64,000 nucleotides of DNA, from positions 1 through 64,000 of the forward strand of contig NW_021825194.1 of assembly GCF_006345805.1 (NCBI RefSeq), in the 5' to 3' direction. Shown here piece by piece: positions 11,887 through 25,944 of the stretch; the first letter of the stretch is position 1, and each line of letters begins with the position of its first letter. Both the position numbers and the translations under genes were made by a program. Under the pieces are notes generated by a model. The model saw only the letters and a program-made list of their open reading frames with translations. It did not search any database and was not told the DNA's origin. This DNA comes from Octopus sinensis. Lineage: Eukaryota.

Positions 11887-12844
11887 ATTGTTATCAAAAA
11901 AGGGGGTCGAATTAATTGATTATTAATAAATTCGACCAAGCAGTATTCGTATGTAAAGACCATTTACGGTATATTTGAAGTATTAATTTATAAAAATATG
12001 GTAAAGTAAAAGAATTCACTTTACCACACACCGAACTTTTCAGAAATAGCAGCCAAAAATTTGGCTATTTCTTCAACTGCAAATAAAAGTCTCCAGACAA
12101 TGTATACTTAGAAAAATAACTCACATAGGTATAAGGGAAAAACAATGAAAGATCACATCCATATACGATACCGAGGACAGTCTGTTTCTGGATTTGTGGG
12201 TAAAACGCCACTTTTCCTTCATCAGCTCAGAGATTCTTCTGATTTAGATTTGAAAATACTAAGAATCAAACATACCCGTCCGATATCTGTAACATCGGAC
12301 AAACCATGCCAGACACCCAGTACTAGCGAATCCAAAAATACGAATGAGATCTATTATTCTCCCTGTCCGCCCACGTGAGTCATAGAGCATTCCATTTCTA
12401 CAGAGGTAAAAACTGCAGTTCAAATTCTTGGAGAGAAAGCATTATATTGTTATCAAAAAAGGGGGTCGTGCAGTTTTTACCTCTGTAGAAATGGAATGCT
12501 CTATGACTCACGTGGGCGGACAGGGAGAATAATAGATCTCATTCGTATTTTTGGATTCGCTAGTACTGGGTGTCTGGCATGGTTTGTCCGATGTTACAGA
12601 TATCGGACGGGTATGTTTGATTCTTAGTATTTTCAAATCTAAATCAGAAGAAATCTCTGAGCTGATGAAGGAAAAGTGGCGTTTTACCCACAAATCCAGA
12701 AACAGACTGTCCTCGGGTATCGTATATGGATGTGATCTTTCATTGTTTTTCCCTTATACCTATGTGAGTTATTTTTCTGGGTATGCATTGTCTGGAGACT
12801 TTTATTTGCAGTTGAAGAAATAGCCAAATTTTTGGCTGCTATTT
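11887..12844. repeat. ~559-bp hammerhead-bearing unit (family F) followed by an inverted partial copy from 12469
   Basis: Unit start ATTGTTATCAAAAAAGGGGGTCG at 11887 and 12446. 12469-12844 is the reverse complement of ~12045-12418. Confidence 0.9.
12657..12716 (+). ncRNA. Type-I hammerhead ribozyme, family F (mirror copy at 12171-12230, minus strand)
   Basis: CTGAG-CTGATGA-a/GGA..GTGG..CCAC..TCC/a-GAAA-CAGACTG-TC-CTCGG, triplet GTC. Confidence 0.85.
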
Positions 12845-12858
12845 ATAAATATGTATAT

Positions 12859-12949
<91 letters not shown>

Positions 12950-13026
12950 CATATAAATAAAATATATATATATATATATAATATAAATATATATATATAT
13001 AATATATATATATATATAAAATATAT

Positions 13027-13082
<56 letters not shown>

Positions 13083-13112
13083 TATATATATATATATAAT
13101 AAATATAAATAT

Positions 13113-13163
<51 letters not shown>

Positions 13164-13169
13164 TATATA

Positions 13170-13234
<65 letters not shown>

Positions 13235-13312
13235 AATATATATATAAATATATATATATATATAAATTTGATACTGATTAGAAGATCGAAAATCCACCTG
13301 AAGATTGTCGGT

Positions 13313-14775
13313 TGCTTATCCCTTATTTTTTTTGCTTATCCCTTATTTACTTACCTATGGATCCGCTTTATGATTATACGAGCGTCCGTGTACGTATGTA
13401 TACGTATACATATGTGTACATATGTACGAGTAAACATCTACGTCTGGATGTGCATACCCCGTATTTCTTTACATCTTTTTACATGTTTTCTTATATTCAT
13501 ATGTCTACACCTATTTGTATACATCTTTTAATATCTTATAGCTATACCCATATGCGCGTATGTCTCTGTGTGTGTATGTAAGTGTATATGTGCACGCACA
13601 TATGGACACACAGCCGTGCGTGCGTGCACGTGTAGACGTGAGTGCGTGATTCTTTACATACGTTCTTATATACATCCTTTAATATCTTATATCTAAACCT
13701 GGAAGCGTGGGCATATGTGTATGTGTATGTAAGGATGGACGCACGTATGTATGTATGGGTGTGTACACGTATAATGTCCGTGTATATATGCGGATATTCT
13801 GTTGTATGTATGTATATATGCGCGCGTGCGTGTGGGTGTATGTGTGTTTATGTACATGTTTACACGTGAGTGAGTGTGTATGCTTATAGGCTTCGAGCCG
13901 TGTATGCGCGCGTATATGTGCGCGTGTATATGGGTGTATGTATCCATGATGGTATGTATGTACAAGATGACCAATTAATTCAAAGAACTAGATTAAACGC
14001 TCAACAGCTCTGATTTACAACACACTAGGTCCGCAGACGACCCTGTTGATTTATTGACACCCAAAACTTCTACAACTAAATTTTACCAATCTCCTGACCA
14101 CCATGTTTGGTCCGTAACCTCTATACATCCCTTATCTTTATATTTTTTTACATTTTTATCATGTTTATTCCTATTTTTTTTTTACTTTTTACTTTTATTT
14201 CTATTTCTATTTTTACTTTATAACCTTATGCCTTTACATTCATTTATATTTCTTTATATTTCTTTATACTCTTTATATCCCCTTTACATCTCCTTATATC
14301 CCTTTATATCTTTACACTCTACATTTTTATATTTTTCTATACTTACACTTTTTATATATTTTTTATCCCTCGTCCTGAATTCTCGCCCCTCCATCTACAC
14401 GTCTATATATGTATTTATTTATTTACATTACTTCAACATCCAAATTTCCTCATTCTACATTGAGAGAAGAAAGAGATGGACGCTTCAATTCTACGCTGTT
14501 GCCGCATTATGTCGTACGCGAATGAGAGGATTTGCATCCCCAACCAAGAATTTTTGATGTAACACATGTCCTTGTGGAAGCTGTTGTGCGCAGCTGAAGA
14601 AGGCCACAGACATACATTATGCATTGTTATAAATCTGTCTAATAAATGCCCGAAACATATGTACCGCTGAATCCTTGGCATCATGTTTTTATTTTGATCA
14701 ATTTACTCCACCACCTACACCACCAAACGGTATACACAGGTGCTTATAATTATCAAGTACTCACCCCGAATTTCT
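13313..14775 (+). mobile_element. Degenerate PLE 3' region/pLTR with GT-rich and CT-rich low-complexity tracts
   Basis: Same layout (GT-rich, CT-rich, hammerhead, short tail) as 55800-56740 and 50280-50945. Confidence 0.5.
14590..14667 (+). ncRNA. Type-I hammerhead ribozyme, family G
   Basis: GCAG-CTGAAGA-a/GGC..ACAGA..TCTGT..GCC/c-GAAA-CATATG-TA-CCGC, one mismatch in helix I. Confidence 0.7.
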
Positions 14776-14836
14776 CTCTCTCTCTCTATATATATATATA
14801 AATAAATATATATTATATATATAAATAAATATATAT

Positions 14837-14867
<31 letters not shown>

Positions 14868-14945
14868 TAAATATATATATATATATATATAATATATATA
14901 TAATATATATATAATATATATATATAAATATTATAATATATATAT

Positions 14946-15051
<106 letters not shown>

Positions 15052-15070
15052 AGAGAAAGAGAGAGAGAGA

Positions 15071-15123
<53 letters not shown>

Positions 15124-15284
15124 TGGAAGAGCATTGTAGAAAATGAAGGAGAGTATATTTTAGATTAAAAAATAACTTTGCTTATCTTAATTTTGAATTT
15201 TATCGTTTGGTTTGAGTTTAAAAGTTCAAAGTGGACTAAACCTTTCGTATCTCAACAAACAGATAACAATACATTATGTGGGGT

Positions 15285-15780
15285 GCCGGTATTTCTTACC
15301 TACTGTCTTCGGCGCTAGACATTTTTATAGAAACCCCATTTCTGGTCACCAGCCACTAAAAAGATTCATTCATGAGACGAGACAGCAAAGTACACACATT
15401 CACTCGCTATGCATGATTACACTTGGATAGTTTGTGAGGGCCCATCGACCCAATTTGCTGACTTTTCCAATGGCACGCAGGTGCCGATGAATGGTTGAAT
15501 GACCAAATCCAAGCTTCACTGCTAGTTTCTCAACAGTTACGTTGGGTTTTGTTCCACCCAGGGTTTGTTTGCAGGATGTCCTTGTCGAGCTCTACAAATA
15601 TTCCAGCATGCGGCTCGCCTTCTAGGCTGTTGTTTCAGGCTCGAAATTTCTAGAGCCACCGTTAACACCGGCTTACTCTTATTGTCCGATCCCTATATTC
15701 TTCACACTTTCCGTTGCGTTGTTGCTTTTATTGAACTCATAAAGCAAAATATGCCGAACATGCTCTTTTGTTATTTCCAT
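15285..15780 (-). pseudogene. Decayed mariner transposase, N-terminal half
   Basis: MEITKEHVRHILLYEFNK...KLGFGHSTIHRHLRAIGKVSKLGRW.PH...GDQKW, with stops and frameshifts. Confidence 0.8.
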
Positions 15781-16252
15781 TATAGTTTTGAAAAAATAAC
15801 TGTTAAAATCGAACTGCACTCTTCAAAACTTGCACTAAGAGTAAAGACAAGGTAAAAATTACTGCCTGCTTTTATAGCAAGTTGTTTATATCAAGTTGTT
15901 TATAGCAAATTTGTCCCCGCCTCCAGCTTTTATTTAGTCCATGCAATTGAAAAAAACGCATATGGGATGAAGGAAAATAGGACAAGGTAGAACACGCTAA
16001 AATAATTTTATCATGGAGAACATTTTAGTACCTGTTTCAGTCATCACGTGAAAAACAGTGGAAAAGTTAAATGAAATGGTTTTAAAAAATGTTTCCATAG
16101 TTTTCAAATACATGGGACATTTCCCTTTTTTCTGTCTGTTTGTCTCTCTCTTTTACTTTTGTGAAGGCTCGGCAGGTGGGAAGTAGCAGGTCTGAAGGAA
16201 TGTTTAATATGAGGGATGTGGGTTCTTGGTTTTGGTTGTTTAAGCAGCAGTA

Positions 16253-16385
16253 GCCGAAGAAGGAAACGGCGAAGAAGAAGAAGAAGAAGAAGAAGAAGAA
16301 GAAGAAGAAGAAGAAGAAGAAGAAGAAGAAGAAGAAGAAGAAGAAGAAGAAGAAGAAGAAGAAGAAGAAGAAGAAGAAGAAGAAG
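16253..16385. repeat. (GAA)n microsatellite
   Basis: Direct sequence. Confidence 0.98.
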
Positions 16386-16613
16386 AGGGAGTAGGAAAAG
16401 AAGAGAAATAAGAAAAATACGGGAGTGATATGTAGTAGGTTGTTGGTGAAGTGATCTTAAATGGTCAAGCGACCATTTAAGATCACTTTTAAGATCGATC
16501 CCAAAATCTAATCAGTTCGTGCCTGTCACGAGACCAAACATCTCTGAAAGTTTTATCCAAATTCATCCAGCAGTTTGTCCACGGACAAACAAACAAACAC
16601 GACTGAAAACAAA

Positions 16614-18601
16614 AACTGGGGAACAACAAAAACAATTATTGTCTGCTATCCAGATAATTACTACTGTACTAAACTAACTCGAGTACGCTGATTCCCAATC
16701 TGAACTCAGAATTGCTGTAGCATGTCAGGATTTTGATTTATGCGCATAATTATATATTAATACTATATTAGTATCAAGGTAAATAATAGTTATAATAGTA
16801 TATTAGTATTGTATATAGTATATCTATGTTCAAGGCAAATAGTATTATAATATAATGGTAAATAGAATATTTATGTTAAGGAATACTCACTTTATTTTTG
16901 ATATGCTCAGCTCAGAAATGTTTGAGACACTTGTTCTTGCGTTTATGCGTCGTACTGGTCTCATGTTGTTCCTACAACGTCATACATCATGTATGGATTG
17001 AACCAGCCTTGATACCTCGTTTCCATCTCAGATATGTCCTGGTGGAACCTCTCACTATGCTCATCACTAACGGCACCAAATTTTACTTTTAGGTACTGGA
17101 AGCCACAACCATCGTGTGATATTGTTTCATGAGGCCGAGTTTGCTGTGAAGGGGTGGAAGGAAGAACTTTTGCGGGTCTACCAGTGGAATATGCTGCACA
17201 TTGTACTGACCAGCTATGAGCTCATCTCTTTTAGGCCAGTCATTTGTAGTGTAATAATTGCTGTCGTCACGGCTTTTCCAAACATACAAGAAACACATGT
17301 TTTTTTGTATATCCCTGTTGCAGTCCTAGGAGGAGGGAAATCACTACAAATATTTCACTTATGAAGTAATTAACTCGTTGCAGAATGAGTTCCATCGATT
17401 CATAAGTTTCTTCCATACCGACAACATGACATATAGGAATGGAAGCTTTTTCATTACCATTATGTAACAACACAGCTTTGAGGTTAACCTTACTTGAATC
17501 TATAAACAACCTCCATTCGTTAGCCACATGCTCGTGTCCTAGGTTTTGCATGAGTGAATTAACGTCAGTAGAGAAACAAGCATTATTTTCTTGCTTGAAA
17601 AAGACAGATAAGCCTTCATGGCGAGAACGGAGAATAGAAATTTTCGTACCTTCTCCTTTGTCAATGCCTGGCTTCTTACTAAATCGTTCAAATCTTCTTG
17701 ATTAAATAAGCGTGGTTCATTTTTCTTAGAATCAACTACGTACTCTTCGTCGATATGAAAATCAGGGGGTTCATTGTGCAACGTATCAAGGTCTTCAAGT
17801 GAATCATGTGAGAGAGGAACTGGGACAGGGTTCTAGAGCCGACTTACAATCTGCATACACAACTTTTGCTTTGGTTTTCTTTGAGAAACCACTAATATTA
17901 GTCATACGAAAGTAACAATCAGTGACATGATTGGTTGGCTCACGCCATACCGTTGGTACAGCAAAAGGCATTCCCTTCCGTTTTCCATTCAGCCACTGCG
18001 TAAGCTCTGAGTAACACACGGTGCAGTATATATGAGGCGCCCACTTGTCTTGGTTTCCAACTCTACACTCGAAATAATATTTATAGGCAGTTTTTAATTT
18101 GATGGCAATGTTCTTCCGCTGGTCACGCGGAGCAAATTTTCCACAGACATAACAAAAGTTATCTGGGCGATTCACACAGCTTCTCCTATTCATGATCTAA
18201 CGCAATGAACACAGTTAAATCAGTAATCACGTAGAAAAAAAGATACACATATCAAACAACTGCGAAAACGACACTGAGAATTACCAAGAACGAACTGACG
18301 TATTTGGCGCTTGCACACAATACGTCAGCGCCATCTACTGCTAAACTAAATAATGAACTTTCTTATCGTTTGTTTTATTACTGTTATTTCTTTAATTTTG
18401 AATTAAGGCCGCTTTCATTTTAGCAAATTTTATAATACGGCCTATATCTAGCCGAAAGTATAGTTATAATCTTGCGCATACGCATAACTCAAAATTCTGA
18501 CGTGCTAGAACATTTCTGAATGCAGATTCGGAATCAGCATCCTCGAGTTAGTCTAAAACAAATGCTTTTACTCCAGTAGCAAATATCTTTGTTGTCCAGT
18601 G
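16614..18601 (-). mobile_element. Decayed DNA transposon, probably Chapaev3 (CMC superfamily), with ~110-bp diverged TIRs
   Basis: Terminus CACTGGACAACAAA at 18601. TIR similarity between 16614-16740 and 18490-18601. Transposase motifs NFCYVCG, WAPHIYC, WREPTNH..DCYF, WRLFIDSS..LKAVLLHNGN, PPLHSKLGLMKQ, SDEHSERFHQDI. The family name is from recall. Confidence 0.7.
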
Positions 18602-18689
18602 CAATAATGGTTTCTTAATCAATCACAATGGGTTCATAAAAACATTGGGACGGTGCAAGACAATACACTATGGGGTTACATAAAAAGAT

Positions 18690-21150
18690 ACATGTAAACA
18701 GTGAGAACGATAACAAAAATAAATGTTAATGACGAAAAATTCCCCAAAAGAGGGTAACTTCCTAGGGCTGCTCGGAGAAAACTTCATAAAACTTAGGATG
18801 TCCTGACCACTAGGCGCATGCTTAGAGTAGGACCGATCGTTTGGACCATTCTTGCAACATTCATCCGCATTTCAACAAAATTGTCGAGAGGCAGTACTTT
18901 AAATAAACTTGAAAAAGTTGATGAGGGCTTGGGCAAAGAGGAAAGTATCTACCTTCAGCCCTGTCAATCTGGTCCACCACACAACCTCTTTTACTAAGAC
19001 CACCAGACAAAGAAACATTGCCATTCCCTTCCCTGTCAAAGGAAGCAGAGGGATTCTCTTCTCACTTGACTCAGCTGATAGCCGGATCAGTCCTACACGT
19101 GACAGAACGTATTCGACATAAACCCACAAATCAGCAATACTTGGACACTGGACGACAGCGTTCGGAATAGTTTCGTTGCTCTGTGCGTATCTCGGACAAG
19201 CCTGGCTTGCGCTACTTCGATGCTTGTAGAGTATATTCCGAACGGGCAATGCCCCCCACCACCACCACTACCCTGTAGCACTGCCAGGTCGAGGATTTCT
19301 GAAAATTGTCCATAGGGCCTAGCCCGAAAGTCTTCGGGAACAGACCAGCCAGTTGGTTCTCATTGACACGCAGAGTCTTTCTGAGAACTTTATCGCTCTG
19401 CCTCAGTCTACTCTTGATCCAGGATTGCAGCTAAGACAATCTGTGGAAAAGGAAGTCTGACAAACAGCGACCACACCTGCTCACCGTCAAGAAAGTGCTT
19501 GAGGTGTAGCCCTAGCGCATATCTGCGCATCAGTAGCCGCGGCATGTCCAGTCCTCCATTCAGCGGGTGTTGACAGCAAATGTGACGCCTGACCAGTGGA
19601 AAGTGGAGGAGTATGCGCTTCAGACGTAAACCATAGTAAGGCATGATGGTCAGACGATAGTATCACGGATGCGATATAAGCATTCGTCACCCCCGCCCGA
19701 CCTTTCAGTGATAGCTTTCTCTTGGCCCATTTCTGGATGAGATTGGCCAGTCTACTCTTCGTCACCTGGAGATCCGGCCCAAATCAGACCCCGAGTAATA
19801 TAATTGGTCTCTACGTTCAGCCTCCCACGACGTTATTGGGCGGCATAGATCTGCCTCTCGAGGTGCCGAGCTGCAGGTCGTCTGACTTTTCAAAAGGAAC
19901 TGCTGCCACCAACCAGGAGGTGTGATTTTTGGCGGTATATTTAATATTCTTATTTTAAACAACCTTCGGACAAGGTAAATTGAGATGAGGATGAGCGCAT
20001 CACTCGATAGGCCGCGTTGAGTACTTTTTGGTCTCTTCCTCAGAGGCGAATCTCACTTCAACTCTCATATTTTTTTTCTTTCTGGCTATTTAAGTTTTAC
20101 TCTTTCAAATATTGCAGACATTTTTCTAACTGCTGGTGCTTCTTGCTCTAATTCTACTTTTTGTTTCAATTGTTTTGTAAAAAGCAATCCGTAAATTAGT
20201 TTCTTACTGAACAGATCTAGAGACATTCAGTACCACATTTCGTCTACATTTCTTCCACATAGATTTTGTATATTCATTTTTATTTATAAAAATTTCATCA
20301 TTTGTTTGCTGCGTCTCGTCCGCGAAACTACTGACAACAGTTTTGCATGGTTCGTTTTCCTTTTTCTTGCTTTTTCAATAATGATATTGGTGGTGGTGTT
20401 GGTAATTGTGGGTTTGCTGTAGCCACTGGCGGTGGTGGTGGATGTGACAGTGTTCTTGCCAGTGTTTTTCTCGTAGACACTGCAGCTGATGCTGACTTTT
20501 ACAATTTGGCTGCTCTGTTCTGCGGACAACTGGCTATTCTTTTCAGTGGACGAAGAATCCAGTAGTAAATTTATTTCTTGAAATCGAGTTGAAGAAGTTT
20601 GGGTATGTTGCACTGCATCTTTGCTTACACTCAGATATACAGTCTAAGAGAGGATTATTCAAATGTCTCTAAAAACTATTTCTTTTCTCCAATTGCTTTA
20701 TTTAAAAGTTGGATTATTCTTCGTTAGTATTACAGCTATTAGTTCACTGCAAAATCGATTCTTCAGGAAACAATGTCACCATGAAACTAGTTGTAATGGG
20801 ACCAAAGGACAGTTCAGGCTTTCGATAATTTTATTAGACTCGCTACATTTCTGCATCGATTTCTATCTTATTTAGAACTTTTATATCTTCTAATGTAGCT
20901 ACAATAGATTCTGTATTTCTGAGTCTAACAAGATGCATATTGTCTCCACGTAAGCCCAACAGATACTTTACCTCCCAGAAATTATCAGAGCCATATCTGC
21001 CGACATCTGCAAAACTCTTGAAATTCCACCCCCTCTTACGTTTATTCTGTAGAGGTCCGACAACTTATAGATGTTCTAATATCAATTATATTAATCCCAC
21101 CAACGCAAGAAAACCTACTAGGGTCATGGCCATTACTCTTCTTTCTTTGA
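18690..21150 (-). mobile_element. L1/Tx1-clade LINE remnant: ORF1 fragment joined to ORF2 C-terminus, with a large internal deletion
   Basis: WAKRKLSLKGRA..TNAYIASVI, a CPRY..NETI..A..QC zinc-knuckle remnant and KEVVWWTRL in 18900-19770. ORF1-like remnant at 19930-20620. No APE or RT core. Confidence 0.6.
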
Positions 21151-21406
21151 TTAATTAACAGAATATGCATACGTATACGTGAAAATGCACATGGTGTATT
21201 TTCACGTATGTAAATCTGCGAGCACTTTTTGAAATATATAGTTAAATTAGAAAAGCTATTAATCTCCTTGTTTTTCTTTTATTATCACATTTTTTGGTGT
21301 ATCATCGTGCCTGTGTTTTTAATACACTCGGAAGAAAATAAAAAATACATCTTATAAGAAAAAAGTAAAGATTAATGAATGTGTGTGTGTGTGTGTGTGC
21401 GTGCGT

Positions 21407-21448
<42 letters not shown>

Positions 21449-22818
21449 GAGAAGGGAAAGGGGGAAGATAAAAGGAAAGAAAGAAATGGAGGAGAGAGAG
21501 AGAGAAAAATAGAAAATAAAAAAGAAGTCTATGAAATTGAAATACAAGAAAAAGGACAAAGGAAAACAAGGTAAATGAAAGATTAAAAAACAAAACAAAA
21601 CAAAAACATGAACGAATCCAAAATGAAGATGTTGAAGGAAGGAGCAAGAAGCTAAATAGCTTTACAGTTCCAATGAAATGAAACATAGAATGTAAAAGTA
21701 AGACTAAAATCATGACCAACAGGAAGAATCGTGACAAGAATCGCTTTCGAATGGTATGTTAAAGACTAATGAATTAACAGTCACGTAGTTTGAAAGAAAA
21801 TTTAAATAAAATGCCATTTACTTAGCTCCCAACAGCAAACCGAAAAATGCACCATTTACATTATCACTCCTATTTTTCATTTCAATAGAAGTTAGTGCTT
21901 GTATTTACTATCCCATAGTGCTTGTTTTTACTATGTTTTTTTTTAAAAATTTTATTTCGAATCCGTTGTGGGTACAGGTCCAAACAATGTGTTTGCCTTG
22001 AGTTAATATTGTAACGGTATGATTAAGAGGTTATCAAGTCCCTTTGTTTTTAGTTATGCTCAGTATAAATGCCTGCTTTGTATTTAAAACTACTATTATA
22101 TAAGAATATAGAAAGGAAGATAGACAAAGAAAAAAACGTACACACACTTCGTTTACTTGTTTCGTGTGGTATCGCTAACATCTCCAGATTTACAGTCGAA
22201 CTCCAACTGATGTATACTTCGCTAGTTTCATGGAAAGTTAAATAACTTTCCCGGGATCGAAGTGACTAAACTGCAGCATGAGGTTCTCTGCATATTGCGG
22301 AGATACCTGACATGTTGGGAAAATATGGGTGTCACGATATCTCAACCAATGGCGGTTAGCCGCTCTTCTTCCGTAACTTGACCTCAACCTGTCTGCATAC
22401 ATCCACTGCTTTCTGGTTAGACGAGAGAAATCGAGCAAAAGTTCACTAAGTTCCCTGTGGTCCCGCTACTCGAGGATGATCTCGCTATTCATTATCCAGG
22501 CTTCTTGAATGCTAACATTTTCTTTTACTGATTAGTAGAAAACTAATTTTAATGTTAGGCTTGTGCTGGTGGGTGCCGCGTAAGTTATTTTTTTCAAGCG
22601 CATGACAGTGTTTGAATTTTTGATAGATGGTCATCTCTGATTAAAGGTGAAGTGGAACAAGTTATAGATTTAACAGCAATTTAATAGCAATGGTTATAAT
22701 CTGCATCATTTCATTTAACAGGGTGTCAGTTTTATTTGTTTGAGGGACTAAACTTCAAACCACACAGCCACACATAAAAGACAGAATTGTTGTATCGCAG
22801 AATTGTTGTATCGCCAAT

Positions 22819-23760
22819 TGTTATGATGATACTTTTTTTACACTATAACCGTCTAGTAACAAAATATGTAACGAAGCAGGGTAACAACAACGTAACAATC
22901 CAACAAACTCTCCACGAACTATACACGAACCAACAAACAATATTCCGACAAACTACCAAAATGATACCTTACGACTTCTTGTGATTAACGCCTACTTATG
23001 TCACTCAGACCGTTTTATAGTCGTTCGGTCAGTCTATTCTCGCAGGGGGTGTCGTGAATCTCTCCACAACATCCTCCCTTTTGTGATTTCGACTTCCGTA
23101 GGAATCCAAATTTATTTTATTTTATTATTTTTTTTCTTTCCAGCACCTCTCCCTTTTTGAGATTTTGATTCTTTAGGGAGTTCAATACCTTTTCCGCTTA
23201 ATACCTTTTCCTAAATGTTCAGTCTGTTTACGTTTTCTATTACTGCTCCTTTTAGGCTCAATCTCTTTTGGTGTTGGCACGTCGAACATGTCGTAAACAC
23301 TTCCATTGGAATTTTCTTCCATTCCTTCGTATGTTTAGTTTTTAATTGACTTAGGTGTCGTTTATGCTCTCATCGTTGACCTTTTATTAAATACATCATG
23401 TTTCTAATTCTTTTTGTCACTCTACCGTCCTCCCAACATTCTTTACCGTTCTTGCATATTTTGAAATGGACTTCAAAATGTTTTGTTGAATTTTTTGTAT
23501 TTCCTCTATACGTTTTTTTTTGTTTTATTTGGCAACAATCTGTCGAAGATAGATTTTATCTTCCGAGAAAACATTAGCTCTACAAGCGATTTGCATGAAC
23601 CGAAATTCGGATTGGGCGTTATTCTATACACCCTTAAGAATTGATTTAGCGCTTCGTCATTTCCTAACTCGTTTCTTGCTCCTTTTAGTGCTCGTTTAAA
23701 AGTGTCTATGGATGGTTCTGCTTGCCCATATATATTGTTTAAGGTGTATTTCGTTAGGAA
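22819..23760 (-). mobile_element. Ty3/Gypsy 3' fragment: integrase C-terminus, PPT and 3' LTR
   Basis: LTR 22819-23071 (TG...CA), PPT AAAAGGGAGGA at 23072-23082, integrase remnant DTFKRALK...QFLRVYRITPNPN...ELMFSRKIKSIFDRLLP. Confidence 0.8.
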
Positions 23761-24362
23761 CGCAGTAGAGTATAAAATAGAACTTGCTCATCCTTAGAAT
23801 TACCAAATAGCCAGAAGTATCATGTTATACTTTCAAGTCTAGGTTTAAGCATTCATCGGATGTGACAGTAAAATTGAAAAAATAGAGTCAACAAGAAGGA
23901 CTACGGTCAGACAACTATTCAATAAACACAACACATGTTTCGATACAACATAGATCCACATATACACAGAATTTAAATTAAGCAACGCTTTATCTGAATA
24001 ACGGTATATATACACAGACATACATGCATACGTACGTATATACATTCATACATACATACATACATGCATACATACATACATACGTACATACATACATAGA
24101 TACATACATACATACAAACATATATATATATACAAAATAAGAAAATGGAGAAATACATCGAAATCAAATATCAATTACCAGATAATACTCAATCACGTAC
24201 TTTATTAAACCACTACATAAGAAACTATAAGGTTAAACATAATAATGCAGGGTAAAACAGTGTACATGAAGGAGTGTACATAAAATAGTAATGTTATAAA
24301 ATAAGTAGAATACGTATAATAGAACATAGATATAAGTACACATAAATATAAATATAGACTAT

Positions 24363-24489
24363 ATCTTACAGCTGTTTCGGCGATGTAGATAAGCATGTCT
24401 CATTCAACTCATATTAGCCATTTATGGTAGGTCAATATGTAGTTATAAATGAGACATTTACAAAAACATCCTAAGGCCACTTCGGAGAT
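24363..24489 (-). ncRNA. Hammerhead-like motif with variant or degenerate core (family H) in a PLE-like remnant (~23840-24520)
   Basis: ATCT-CCGAAGT-GGC..ATGTCTCATT/AATGAGACAT..GCC-GAAA-CAGCTG-TA-AGAT. Confidence 0.5.
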
Positions 24490-25944
24490 TACAAATTAGA
24501 TTACATATATACTTATAAAGGTGTGGGTTTATATCCATAATAAAACATATACATATACATATGAGTGCATATACTCATACTCATATACATATAAATATAA
24601 ATATACATAATGATATAAATAATAAGAATTAATAAACATACATATGCTCCGCTAATACTAGAGAAACAATACATAAATTCATTATTAACAATATAGTCAC
24701 AATAGTATTACAAAACCGTGCAAAGTGTTATATATCTGCATATACATACGAAATAAGAAGTACCAGCATTCTGTTTATACTACATTAAATCCACAGGTGT
24801 ACATATGTAAGTCCGATTTTAAGTTTATAGTTTTCCTTGTGATATAGATACACTATTATTTCAGAAATAATTACGGATCTAGCGCTAAATTATGATTGAC
24901 CTGTGGGTTTGAATTTAAATTACCATTGTCTTCCCTACGGTTGGTTTGTTGATAGCTTTAGGTTTCTACTACATTAGCGTAGGCAGGGGAAAAACTATAC
25001 CAACATTTGTACACACACATACACGTACACGCGTACATCCGCACATATACATATATACTCTCATGCACCATGTCTGCAAACTTTCGCATATATTTATATA
25101 CACATCCAAATATTCATTTGCGTCCTCATATACATAAGAAAAGCATATACATATATATCCAACAATGAATATACATATCAATACAAAACATTTTCATGTA
25201 CTGTGATTTCAAATATTCGCATAAACATATATACATATTCAGATACGTACTTGCGTACTCATATGCATAAGAACAACCTACACCCTTATATCCATCTAAG
25301 AACATATATATACATACAAACACATACATACACATACATATATATATGAACACATTTCGACATTTCTACCTATATTTACTAAATTACAAGATATATGACT
25401 GTCCATCAAAGGACGTATATATGCATACACGATAAGTAAGCAGAAATTTCTATTAATTAAGATATGAGTAAATTAATTATAAATTTATCCATTCATTCTT
25501 CCCTTTTTTGGCACTTATTGTGCCAAAAAAAGGGAAGAATGAATGGATAAATAAATAAATGAATAAAAATACAAGTAAAATAAAAATAAAAACATGAATA
25601 AATAAATAAGTAAATAAATAAATAAATAGAAATATATATGTGTATATATATATCTATGCATAGATAAATAGATAAATATAATAAAATGCAAATTAAGATG
25701 AGTACAAAGATAAACTTAAAATGTGAGGATGCCTAACAAATACACGCAAAAAAAACAAACAAAAAAAACCTTATATGCTCATCGAAATAAACACAGTATA
25801 ACAATTCTTAACATTTATGTATTAACTTTGTTGGGTACCTCACTAGCAGTATATTGGATATATGGTATCCCATGGTGGGTTGCATTTACAACCCCTATCT
25901 CAGTTTGTGTATATATATATATATATATATACATACATACATAC

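Noticed and set aside
16216-16428. Poly-Arg ORF
   Set aside because: It is a (GAA)n microsatellite
16451-16486. Short perfect hairpins here, at 21175-21208 and at 45843-45880
   Set aside because: They are real palindromes but cannot be assigned; probably repeat termini, and not bacterial-type terminators in this eukaryotic context
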